DNA of 63,771 bases, the filler included, from an uncultured Gemmatimonadota bacterium (GTDB taxonomy: Bacteria > Blakebacterota > Blakebacteria > Blakebacterales > Blakebacteraceae): assembly GCA_964576115.1 (NCBI GenBank). It is 4 parts of 4 records of this genome, joined end to end, with 100 filler letters (N's around TTAATTAATTAA, not from the genome) between each part and the next. Parts side by side here need not be neighbours in the genome. Positions count along the whole stretch, not along the records: positions 1 to 19,479 come from CAZNUA010000053.1; positions 19,580 to 39,038 come from CAZNUA010000054.1; 2 more parts are not named here. One strand, written 5' to 3'. Below are positions 11,536-20,123 of this stretch, one piece after another; within the stretch, counting starts at the first letter, position 1; the number at the start of each line of letters is the position of its first letter. Below the pieces are notes generated by a model. It saw only the letters and a list, made by a program, of their open reading frames with translations, searched no databases and had not been told where the DNA came from. The translations under genes were made by a program, and so were the position numbers.

Positions 11536-12174
11536 TCAGCGGTTCTCCAGACGCCTCTTCGAATAGGCCAGAACCGTGGCAGTACCGCCGCCGCGACCGC
11601 CCCCCATACGACCGCCCATCCGGCCGCCTCCCCGGGAACTGGGCAGGTCTGCGCCCCGCTGCATGCCTCCGGCCCCGGGGACGCCGCTGACCGGCATGGG
11701 GGGCTGGACGAAGATAGCCAGAATGGGACTGCCGTCTTCGAGCTCACCTGCCTGCCAGGTTTCATGCTGTTCCATGACCATGGTCCGGCCCTGCATCTGC
11801 ATCTCAGTCCGCCGGGTGATGACCAGGTTGTCGCTTTCCCACTTGGCGGTGATGACGCCGGTTCCCCCCTCGTGTTCGAAGGGGTACTCCTCCCCGTCGA
11901 TGGCGAAAGTGTCGGTGTAGCGCTGCAGCGTACCGCCCCGCAGCTCCTTGCGGACCGTGATGCTCAGGGTGTCAGCCTCGATCTCGATGTCGATGCGGTT
12001 GGGCACTCCGGTCTGCACGGTCGGCTGGCCCTGTTGCTGAGGGGGGACACAGCGTTCCCTCATGATGACCCAGCGGCCGCTGAATGCCTCGATGCCCTGA
12101 GCGGCAACTGCGGGAGGCAGGGCGAGAGCGACCAGGATCGCTCCGCCCAGAGAAAGAAGAACGGTTTTCTTCAT
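11536..12174 (-). CDS. Secreted hypothetical protein (lipocalin-like beta-barrel, Gly/Arg-rich loop)
   Basis: Signal peptide MKKTVLL...AAQ, FSGRW motif, similar to neighbour; start moved to ATG 12174. Confidence 0.55.
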   Translation of the reverse strand: MKKTVLLSLGGAILVALALPPAVAAQGIEAFSGRWVIMRERCVPPQQQGQPTVQTGVPNRIDIEIEADTLSITVRKELRGGTLQRYTDTFAIDGEEYPFEHEGGTGVITAKWESDNLVITRRTEMQMQGRTMVMEQHETWQAGELEDGSPILAIFVQPPMPVSGVPGAGGMQRGADLPSSRGGGRMGGRMGGGRGGGTATVLAYSKRRLENR

Positions 12175-12185
12175 CGCCCCTCGTC

Positions 12186-12713
12186 TCACTTCTTGTCGTA
12201 GACCATCGTCTGGGTTCTGGTGCCGCCGCCCTGGAAGCCGGGCATCTGACTGACGACCTCGAGGACCTTGCCCTCTTCCTTCAGGGTGTAGGTCGAGGTG
12301 GTGGTGAAGGTGCGGTCGCCGAATCCCATGGTCGCCGAGACGTGCAGCACGCCGTCTTTCCACTCGGCCGTATATTCGCTCGAACCCCGGCCCGTCTCCT
12401 GGGTGTGTTTCTCGCCGTCGCAGATGTAGGTCTCGACGCGTTCCATCGGGCCTTCCCGGCCCTGGAAGGTCCGCGTGATGCTGATGCTGTTGCCCTCGGT
12501 GGTGATGGTCATGTCGCCACCACCGCCCATGCGGCCGCCGCCGCGGCCGCCGGTCCGGCCGCCGCCCGGAGCCTGCCCCATCTGACTCTTGTCGGCATTG
12601 AAGGCCCAGGTGCCCGAAAGATCGGGGTTCTGCGCCTGCATGGTGGCCGGCAGGATGACAAGCATGGCCAGTGCCGCCAGTGCGGCGGCTGAGATCTTTA
12701 CGATACGGTTCAT
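12186..12713 (-). CDS. Secreted hypothetical protein (lipocalin-like beta-barrel)
   Basis: Signal peptide, PDLSGTW..N.DKS, C-terminal MVYDKK; GAGGAG RBS. Confidence 0.6.
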   Translation of the reverse strand: MNRIVKISAAALAALAMLVILPATMQAQNPDLSGTWAFNADKSQMGQAPGGGRTGGRGGGRMGGGGDMTITTEGNSISITRTFQGREGPMERVETYICDGEKHTQETGRGSSEYTAEWKDGVLHVSATMGFGDRTFTTTSTYTLKEEGKVLEVVSQMPGFQGGGTRTQTMVYDKK

Positions 12714-12917
12714 CGATTTCGCCCTCCTCGTGAGCGAGGTGTGTGCCGGTACTACCGCGTGCCGGCCGTCGGGCTTCGGACCGGGGGGATCACTTTTTCG
12801 ACACCGGACCGGCTCTCTTCCTTACGCTTTGACCCGCACTATCCCGAACCCGAACGGGTGGAGAACCGGGCGGTGATCGAGCGCGATTCACGATCGTCGG
12901 CGACCCCCGCCTGAGAG

Positions 12918-12933
12918 GCGAAGAATACGCGAA
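12918..12933 (+). promoter_or_regulatory. Candidate LexA (SOS) box GCGAA-N6-GCGAA upstream of mrfA
   Basis: GCGAAgaatacGCGAA; same spacing as the motif in the lexA promoter. Confidence 0.6.
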
Positions 12934-13029
12934 CATGCAGGGACACGCGATTCTGCGCGGGCTCGGGTCTGAGGAGCGCGTGAGGCAGGGGGCCTGCTGT
13001 CGGGGGCCGGTCGTTCTTTGACTTGCGCG

Positions 13030-15606
13030 ATGAACGGACAGGGGGCAGAGAAAGGGTCCTTCGAGGCCTTCCTGGAGCGGGTGCTCGCGCGGCCGTGGGC
13101 GCGCGAGTGTGTCACTGCCGTGCGCACTCTCGAGGCTCGCCCGGCCCGCTACGGCGAGTGGCCGGCCGGGATCGAACCGGCCCTGCGTACCGCCTACGAA
13201 AAGCGCGGCATCGCCCGGCCGTGGATCCACCAGAGCCGGGTCTGGGAACACGTGCTGGCCGGCCGTGACGTTGTGGTCGTCACCCCGACCGCCTCGGGGA
13301 AAACCCTCTGTTACAACCTGCCCATCCTGCAGAGCGTACTGGCCGATTCCGCCGCCCGGGCCCTCTACCTCTTCCCGACCAAGGCCCTGAGCCAGGACCA
13401 GGTCAACGAGCTGCAGGAAATCATCGACCGGCTCGGGGCCGACATCAGGACCTTCACCTACGACGGCGATACCCCGTCGGATGCCCGCCAGGCGATCCGG
13501 GCCCGGGGACACCTCGTGGTGACCAATCCCGACATGCTCCACCAGGGGATCCTGCCCCATCACACCCGCTGGCAGAAGCTTTTCGAGAACCTGCGCTACG
13601 TCGTCATCGACGAGCTGCACACCTACCGGGGGGTTTTCGGTTCTCACCTGGCCAACCTGATCCGCCGCCTGCGACGCATCTGCCGCTTCTACGGCTCCGA
13701 GCCGCTCTTCATCTGCGCCTCGGCCACGATCGCCAATCCGCGCCAACTGGCCGAAGCCCTGCTCGAACGGCCGGTGGCCCTGGTCGAGGAAAACGGCGCT
13801 CCCCAGGCCCGCAAGCAGTTCGTGCTCTACAACCCGCCGATCGTGAACGAACAGCTCGGCATCCGGGCCGGCAGCCTGAGCCACGCCCGCAAGTGGGCCC
13901 GTCTCTTCCTGCGCGCCGGAGCCCAGACGATCGTCTTCGCCGGCTCGCGCCTGCACGTGGAGATCCTCACCCGTTACCTGAAGGACACCTTCGACCGCAA
14001 ACGGACCGACCGGAGTGTGATCCGGGGTTACCGCGGCGGCTACCTGCCCCTGATGCGGCGCGAGATCGAGGCCGGCCTGCGTTCGGGGCAGGTGCGGGGG
14101 GTGGTCTCGACCAACGCCCTGGAACTGGGGATCGACATCGGGGATCTGCAGACCTGCGTCATGGCGGGCTATCCGGGTTCAATCGCCAGTGCCTGGCAGC
14201 AGGCGGGTCGGGCCGGGCGCCGGACAGAGACCTCGGCCGCGGTACTGGTCGCGTCCTCGCGGCCGCTGGACCAGTTCATGGTGACCAATCCCGGCTACTT
14301 TTTCGGCCGCAGCCCCGAACACGGCCGCATCAATGCCGACAACCTGCTGATTCTGGTCAGTCACATCAAATGCGCCGCCTTCGAACTGCCCTTCGAGCAG
14401 GGCGAGAGCTTCGGCTCGGAGCCGCTCGAGGAAATCCTCGACTACCTGGTCGAACAGAAGGTTCTCAACAAGGCGGGCTCGCGCTGGCACTGGATGCAGG
14501 ATGCCTATCCGGCCGACGAGGTCAGCCTGCGCAGTGCCGATCCGGAGAACTTCGTGGTGATCGATCGCAATCGCCAGAGCCGGGTGATCGCCGAAGTGGA
14601 TTTCGATTCCGCCCCCGAGACGCTGTACGAAGGCGCCATCTACATGGTGCAGTCCGAACAGTACCAGGTCGAAGAACTCGATTACGAGAACCGCAAGGCT
14701 TTCGTACGTCCGACCGACACCGATTATTTCACCGACGCCGTCAGCTACACCCGGGTGCGGATCCTCGATGTCTTCGATTCCTCGTTTCCCGGAGCCCGGA
14801 TCAGCGGCGAGTTCCTGACGCCGGAAGAGGACGGCGAGGTCCGGGCCGAGGAGCGCCCCCTGGCCGGTGTGGGAGTGACTCCCGCCGGAGGTCCCACCGG
14901 GGTGCGCGGCGTGGGGGGACGAGCCGAATCGCCGGAGGGGAACGGAGGGCGAGAGCCGTTCGTCGAACGGTATCTGGTCGAGAACGGTGAGGTACACGTC
15001 CTGACCCATGTTTCCGGTTTCAAGAAGATCAAGTTCTACACCTCCGAGAACGTCGGTTTCGGGGACGTCAACCTGCCCGACCACGAGATGCATACCACCG
15101 CCGTCTGGGTGACGGTGCCCGAGTCGACTCTCGTTGCCCTGGAGCGTTCGCGGGCCGACATCGTCGACGGCATGTTCGGAATCGCGTACGCCCTGCAGGA
15201 AGTGGCCTCGCTTCACGTCATGTGCGATGTTCGCGATCTGGGCCGCAGCGTGGGAGACCAGTCAGCCACCTGGCACGCCACTCTGGGCCGGGGGGGGCGG
15301 GGGGTGCGCTATTCGGCCGGGATCGGACGGGGAGAGCGCGATATCGATCTGGACCGTCTCGAGACCTTCCAGCCCACCATCTTTCTCTACGATCGGTATC
15401 CCGGCGGGATCGGTCTCTCGACCGCTCTCTACGATCTGGCTCCTCAGCTGCTCGCGGCCACCCGCGACCTGATCGCCGGCTGCAGCTGTCTCGAGGGTTG
15501 TCCCTCGTGCGTGGGCCCGGTCGGCGAGGTGAGCCGGCAGGGCAAGGCCACCGCGCTCGAGATCCTCGATGCCGTTCTGGAACCGGGCGGGAGAGACGTG
15601 CCGTGA
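13030..15606 (+). CDS. mrfA: DEAD/DEAH helicase with C-terminal DUF1998 (MrfA/YprA/Hrq1 family)
   Basis: TPTASGKT, PTKAL, TNPDMLH, DELH, SAT, QAGRAGRR, and DUF1998 cysteines MCD...CSCLEGCPSC. Confidence 0.85.
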   Translation: MNGQGAEKGSFEAFLERVLARPWARECVTAVRTLEARPARYGEWPAGIEPALRTAYEKRGIARPWIHQSRVWEHVLAGRDVVVVTPTASGKTLCYNLPILQSVLADSAARALYLFPTKALSQDQVNELQEIIDRLGADIRTFTYDGDTPSDARQAIRARGHLVVTNPDMLHQGILPHHTRWQKLFENLRYVVIDELHTYRGVFGSHLANLIRRLRRICRFYGSEPLFICASATIANPRQLAEALLERPVALVEENGAPQARKQFVLYNPPIVNEQLGIRAGSLSHARKWARLFLRAGAQTIVFAGSRLHVEILTRYLKDTFDRKRTDRSVIRGYRGGYLPLMRREIEAGLRSGQVRGVVSTNALELGIDIGDLQTCVMAGYPGSIASAWQQAGRAGRRTETSAAVLVASSRPLDQFMVTNPGYFFGRSPEHGRINADNLLILVSHIKCAAFELPFEQGESFGSEPLEEILDYLVEQKVLNKAGSRWHWMQDAYPADEVSLRSADPENFVVIDRNRQSRVIAEVDFDSAPETLYEGAIYMVQSEQYQVEELDYENRKAFVRPTDTDYFTDAVSYTRVRILDVFDSSFPGARISGEFLTPEEDGEVRAEERPLAGVGVTPAGGPTGVRGVGGRAESPEGNGGREPFVERYLVENGEVHVLTHVSGFKKIKFYTSENVGFGDVNLPDHEMHTTAVWVTVPESTLVALERSRADIVDGMFGIAYALQEVASLHVMCDVRDLGRSVGDQSATWHATLGRGGRGVRYSAGIGRGERDIDLDRLETFQPTIFLYDRYPGGIGLSTALYDLAPQLLAATRDLIAGCSCLEGCPSCVGPVGEVSRQGKATALEILDAVLEPGGRDVP

Positions 15607-16970
15607 CCCGCGATATCCGCCATCGCCTTTCCCGGGCGCTCGATCGGGGGGAACTCCGTTCGGCGGGCAACAGCCTGAGCCCGGCCATGCGGGAGCGACT
15701 GGAACGGGCCCTGTATCCGGCCGCTGACCCCGGAGACGGCGGAACCCCTCTGCCGCGGGTGTATACGGCTGCCCGGCTGGCGGGAGAAATCGCCGCCGAC
15801 CGGCCGACTCCCTACGGCGGCACCTTCCGGGGCCGGGAGATCGAGAACGAGCGGGGCCGGATACAGCAGTTCCGCTGGCGGGTGCCGCTCGCAGCCCTGG
15901 AACCGGTACAGGATCTGGAGGTGCCGGCAGGTTCGGCCGGGGTTCTCGCAGCCCTGCTCGAGAATCCCGACCTGGCCGATTTCACGCTGCAACGGGCTCT
16001 CTTTCTCGATACTGAGACCACCGGTTTGGCGGGAGGTACCGGGACCTACGTCTTTCTGCTCGGACTGGGATGGATCGAACGGGGAGACTTCGTCGTCGAA
16101 CAGCTGTTCCTGCGCGATTTCGAAGATGAAGGGGCGCTGCTCTACCGGGCCGGGGAACTGGCCGAACGGTTCGAGGTCCTGGTGAGTTTCAACGGCCGCC
16201 GCTACGATCTGCCTCTGCTCGATACCCGTACCGTTCTCAACCGCCTGCCCCCCGGTTTCGGTACCCGGCCGCATCTGGACCTTCTGCAGCCGGCCCGGTT
16301 GCTGTACAGCGGGACTTTCGAGAACTGTCGCCTGCAGACCCTCGAGCGCGAACTTCTGGGCCAGCACCGTGAAGGAGATGTGCCGGGAGAGGAGATTCCC
16401 CGCCTCTATTTCACCTATCTGACCGGAGGCGATCCTCTCCCCCTCACAGGTGTTTTCGAACATAACTTCCTCGACGTGGTGACCCTGCTGACTCTGACGG
16501 CTCACTTCCTGCATCTCTGCTGTCGCCCCGAACTCGATCCGCGGGCGCTGGCGGGACTGGGCCGCCTGCACGGTCGGCGGGGGGATCGGGAAACGGCCCT
16601 CACCCTGCTCGAAGAGGCCCGCTCGCGACGGGCGGCCTCGTACCGCGATCTGCGCGACCTCGGTCTGCTCTACAAACGGACGGGGGAATACAGCAAGGCG
16701 CTGGAAGTCTGGAAATCCCTTATCGCCCGCCAGGAAAGGGTCAGTGCCGAGCTCGGTTTCGACGCTACCCCGTATGTCGAAGCGGCCAAGCATTACGAAC
16801 ATCGCAACCGCGATTTCACACGGGCTCTCGAAATGACCACCGCCGCCCTTACCCAGGCTGATGCGACCGGAAACGGCCACGTTCCATCAACCCGGCTCAG
16901 ACGGGAACTCGATCACCGCGCCGCCCGGCTGCGGCGGTTTCTGGAGAAGGAATCATCGGGTCGGGGGTGA
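15603..16970 (+). CDS. mrfB: RNase H-like exonuclease with TPR-like C-terminus (MrfB/YprB family)
   Basis: LFLDTETTGL, SFNGRRYD, HLDLL, HNFLDV; GTGA overlap with the helicase stop. Confidence 0.8.
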   Translation: MTRDIRHRLSRALDRGELRSAGNSLSPAMRERLERALYPAADPGDGGTPLPRVYTAARLAGEIAADRPTPYGGTFRGREIENERGRIQQFRWRVPLAALEPVQDLEVPAGSAGVLAALLENPDLADFTLQRALFLDTETTGLAGGTGTYVFLLGLGWIERGDFVVEQLFLRDFEDEGALLYRAGELAERFEVLVSFNGRRYDLPLLDTRTVLNRLPPGFGTRPHLDLLQPARLLYSGTFENCRLQTLERELLGQHREGDVPGEEIPRLYFTYLTGGDPLPLTGVFEHNFLDVVTLLTLTAHFLHLCCRPELDPRALAGLGRLHGRRGDRETALTLLEEARSRRAASYRDLRDLGLLYKRTGEYSKALEVWKSLIARQERVSAELGFDATPYVEAAKHYEHRNRDFTRALEMTTAALTQADATGNGHVPSTRLRRELDHRAARLRRFLEKESSGRG

Positions 16971-17017
16971 AGACCGGATCGCCCTGCCCGGAAGATGATG
17001 CGAAGAAAGGATCGGTC

Positions 17018-17332
17018 ATGAATTTCGCCGAACTGGCAGCGAAACTCGGGCTTGAAGAGGAGGAGTATACCGAACTCGTCGAACTCCTGCTCGCCACAGC
17101 CCCGAATGATCTGCAGAACCTGAGCATGGCCCTGGAGAACGACGACGTCGGAGCCGTGGCGGGAGCGGCCCACTCCCTGAAGGGAGCCGCCGCGAACCTC
17201 GGATTCGCCGAACTGGCCGACATCGCCGGAGAGATCGAGGCCCAGGCCCGGATGGGTCTGCTGGCGGGCCTGAACGCCAGGGTTGCCGCCCTGCAACAGG
17301 GTTTCGATGAGATCGCTTCCGCCCTGGGCTGA
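17018..17332 (+). CDS. Hpt (histidine phosphotransfer) domain protein
   Basis: AHSLKGAAANLG motif; AAGGA RBS before ATG 17018. Confidence 0.85.
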   Translation: MNFAELAAKLGLEEEEYTELVELLLATAPNDLQNLSMALENDDVGAVAGAAHSLKGAAANLGFAELADIAGEIEAQARMGLLAGLNARVAALQQGFDEIASALG

Positions 17333-17398
17333 AGCGGATCTGCCCGATCCGGCGTCAGCTGTCACCCCCGGGGGAGGAGCGGTGCCATACCCTTCTCC

Positions 17399-19479
17399 CT
17401 ACTTCTCCCCTTCCGTCCCTGTCTCCCCTTCTTTTCCCCCGATGTCGGGGGTCGGCCCGGCCATGATCCTGTCGGCGAATTCCGGGTAGAGTTCCTTCAG
17501 ACAATCGGGACAGAGTCCGTGACTGAACTCGGCTTCGGAGTGCTCGTGCACGTAGGTCTCGATCTGGTTCCAGTAGCCGTCGTCGTCACGGACTTTCTTG
17601 CAGCGAGAGCAGATCGGCAGCATGCCCCGCAGGGTGCTGACCTGTGCCAGAGCTTCGTCGACACGTTCCTGCAGAATCCGCTCGTTGCGCTGTATCGTCC
17701 GCAGACGCCTGTGGATGACGACGCGTACCCCGCCGGCGATGGCAATCGCTCCCAGCAGATAGAAGAGTAACGTTTCATAGAAAGCCGGACGGATTCTGAA
17801 AGACCAGACCGCGGCCTCGTTGCTCCAGGTCGCGCCGTCACGGGAAGCTTCGAGCAGGAAGCGATACTCGCCGGGAGCCAGATGGGTGTACTGGGCGATT
17901 TGCTGTGACCGGCTTATGATCCAGCCGGTCTCGAAGCCTTCCAGCCGGTAGCGAAAGAGAGTCCGTTCGGGGTCGAGAAAGTTCACCGCCGAGAACCTGA
18001 ATTCGACCCGCTGCGGATTGGCGGCCAGGATGCGGGAAGCGGAATCGTCGATCGTCCGTTCGTCCACGGTCACCTGCTCGAGGATAGCCGGCGGAGCCGG
18101 AGCGGGATTCTCCAGACCGGTCGGGTCGACCATGGCCAGACCGCCCAGGGTGGGGAACCAGAGCCGGCCGTCGGTGGTGATCAGACCGCCGGGGCTGCCC
18201 CCGTTGCACTCCCGGTTCGGCATGCCGTCCGATTCGGTGAAGGTGATCGGGGTGATCCGGTCGATCCGGCCTTGCGCGAAACGGTTCAGTTCATCGAGGG
18301 AAATCCGGCACAGACCGACATTGGAGGTCATCCACAGTCCGCCCCGGCGATCGTCGATGACCTGATAGAGACCGTCGCTCGGCAAGCCGTCGGCGCTGGT
18401 GCAGGCGATGAAGGAGTCCTCGCGGAATCTGAGCAAGCCGCCGCCGTAGGTGCCGATCCAGAGCGTGCCGTCGGCCGTGGCGGTCAGCGACCGGATGTAC
18501 TCGGCCTGCTGCGAAGGCAGTCCGTTGCGGCTGGTATAGGTATGACAGCCCTCCTCGTCGACCAGCGTCAGCCCCCCGTAGGTGCCGATCCAGAGGCGGC
18601 CGGCGCCGTCGCGCAGGATGGCGCGAACCGAACCCGACCGCAGATCGGGAGTCGAGTAACAGGGAAGAAGACGGGTGCCGTCGATGGTGAAAACGCCCGC
18701 CCCATCGGTTCCGACCAGGACCGTCCCGTTCTCGTCCTGGTAGAGGGTTCTGATCGGAGCGGGAGGGGGCTGTCCATCGAAGGTGCAGTGGCTGAGCCGT
18801 CCCCGGCTCCAGCGGCAGAGCTCCACGTCGGTCCCGATCCAGAGATCGCCGCCGGAGTCTTCCAGAATGGTCCTGATCCGGGTGGATCCGAGACTCCGGC
18901 GGGGCAGAACGTTCTCGAAGGCGCCGTTGTGGTAGCGATCCAGGTCGCCGGCGAAGGATCCGGCCCAGAATCCGCCGCCGGGTGAGGGAGCAACGGTGTA
19001 GATGATGTCATTGGTCAGGCCGTGCACGTTCGTAAAGCCGGTAATCCGGGGATCCCGGATCATATTCAGCCCGCCGCCGTGGGTGCCGATCCAGAGGATC
19101 TGACCCTGACCCACCAGGAGCGAGGCTACCATGTCGGCGCTCAGACCCTGGGCGGCCTTCAGGGTGGCGATGGCCCGGTCGGGGTCAAGCCGGTTCAGAC
19201 CGACTGTGGTGCCGACCCAGACGGTGCTGTGAGCATCGATCCGGATCACCTGGATGAAGTTGTTGCTCAAGCCGTCATCGACGGTACAGGTGCTGATTCC
19301 GTCGCGACCGAGACGGTTGAGACCGTGCCGGGTGCCGATCCAGAGATCGCCCTCAGGATCTCGAGCCAGAGCGGTGATGTCGGCATCGGTCAGGCCGTCG
19401 GAAACATCGAAGACTGTGCCCCTGTCGCCGGATCGCCGGTACAGACCTGCTGCGGTGCCGACCCAGAGGGTGCCGTCGG
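17399..19479 (-). CDS. Beta-propeller (Reg_prop) + YYY membrane sensor with Cys-rich C-terminal domain; 5' end lost at contig end
   Basis: Repeated LWIGT..GGL blades, FRYRLEG...YTHLAPGEYRF, one TM, then LPICSRCKK...SHGLCPDC; frame stays open to the linker. Confidence 0.8.
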
Positions 19480-19579
19480 NNNNNNNNNNNNNNNNNNNNN
19501 NNNNNNNNNNNNNNNNNNNNNNNTTAATTAATTAANNNNNNNNNNNNNNNNNNNNNNNNNNNNNNNNNNNNNNNNNNNN
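19480..19579. other. Artificial contig linker
   Basis: N run with central TTAATTAATTAA (stops in six frames). Confidence 0.95.
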
Positions 19580-19720
19580 AAGGCAGCTGTAGGGCGTAAT
19601 GCACGCGGGTGGCAAATTCGAATGTCTTATCCTTAATCGTACGATATCGCTCCCATTTTCCACAGAGAGGGCATTCCGATCTTTATCGTCGGAGCAGGAT
19701 CCTGCTACCAGTCAAATCTG

Positions 19721-19767
19721 TGAAACAACACCGAAAGTGAGAACGTATTTAGACTAGCAATTATAGT
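19721..19767 (+). promoter_or_regulatory. ECF-sigma-like promoter plus weak palindrome upstream of padR
   Basis: TGAAAC(19721)-N17-CGTA(19744); ACTA-N7-TAGT at 19753-19767. Confidence 0.6.
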
Positions 19768-19793
19768 GAATTATTCGTTCCAGGAGACGCTCA

Positions 19794-20123
19794 ATGACGA
19801 GAAAAGCTCTGGGTGACCTCGAACATCAGGTCCTGCTGGCCGTGCTTCGCCTCAAGGATGAAGCCTACTCGGTCTCGGTCGTCCTCGAGATCGAAGAACG
19901 AACCGGGCGCCAGGTCGCCCAGTCGGCGGTCTTTATCGCCATGCGTCGTCTGGAAACCAAGGGATTGCTCAAATCCCGGGTCGATGATCAGCCGGCTGAG
20001 AAGGGCAGGGTCCGGCGCTATTTCGATCTCACCCCCGAGGGTGTGGAAAAGCTCCGCGAGATGCGGCAGGCGCTCATCAGCCTCTGGGATGGCTTTACCA
20101 CCGAACTCGATAGGGCCCGATGA
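19794..20123 (+). CDS. PadR-family transcriptional regulator
   Basis: LGDLEHQVLLAV, RLETKGLL, RRYFDLTPEG; AGGAG RBS. Confidence 0.85.
   Translation: MTRKALGDLEHQVLLAVLRLKDEAYSVSVVLEIEERTGRQVAQSAVFIAMRRLETKGLLKSRVDDQPAEKGRVRRYFDLTPEGVEKLREMRQALISLWDGFTTELDRAR

Noticed and set aside
13030-16970. DISARM/Druantia defence helicase
   Set aside because: Pairing with a YprB-type exonuclease and absence of methylase or drm partners fit MrfAB repair
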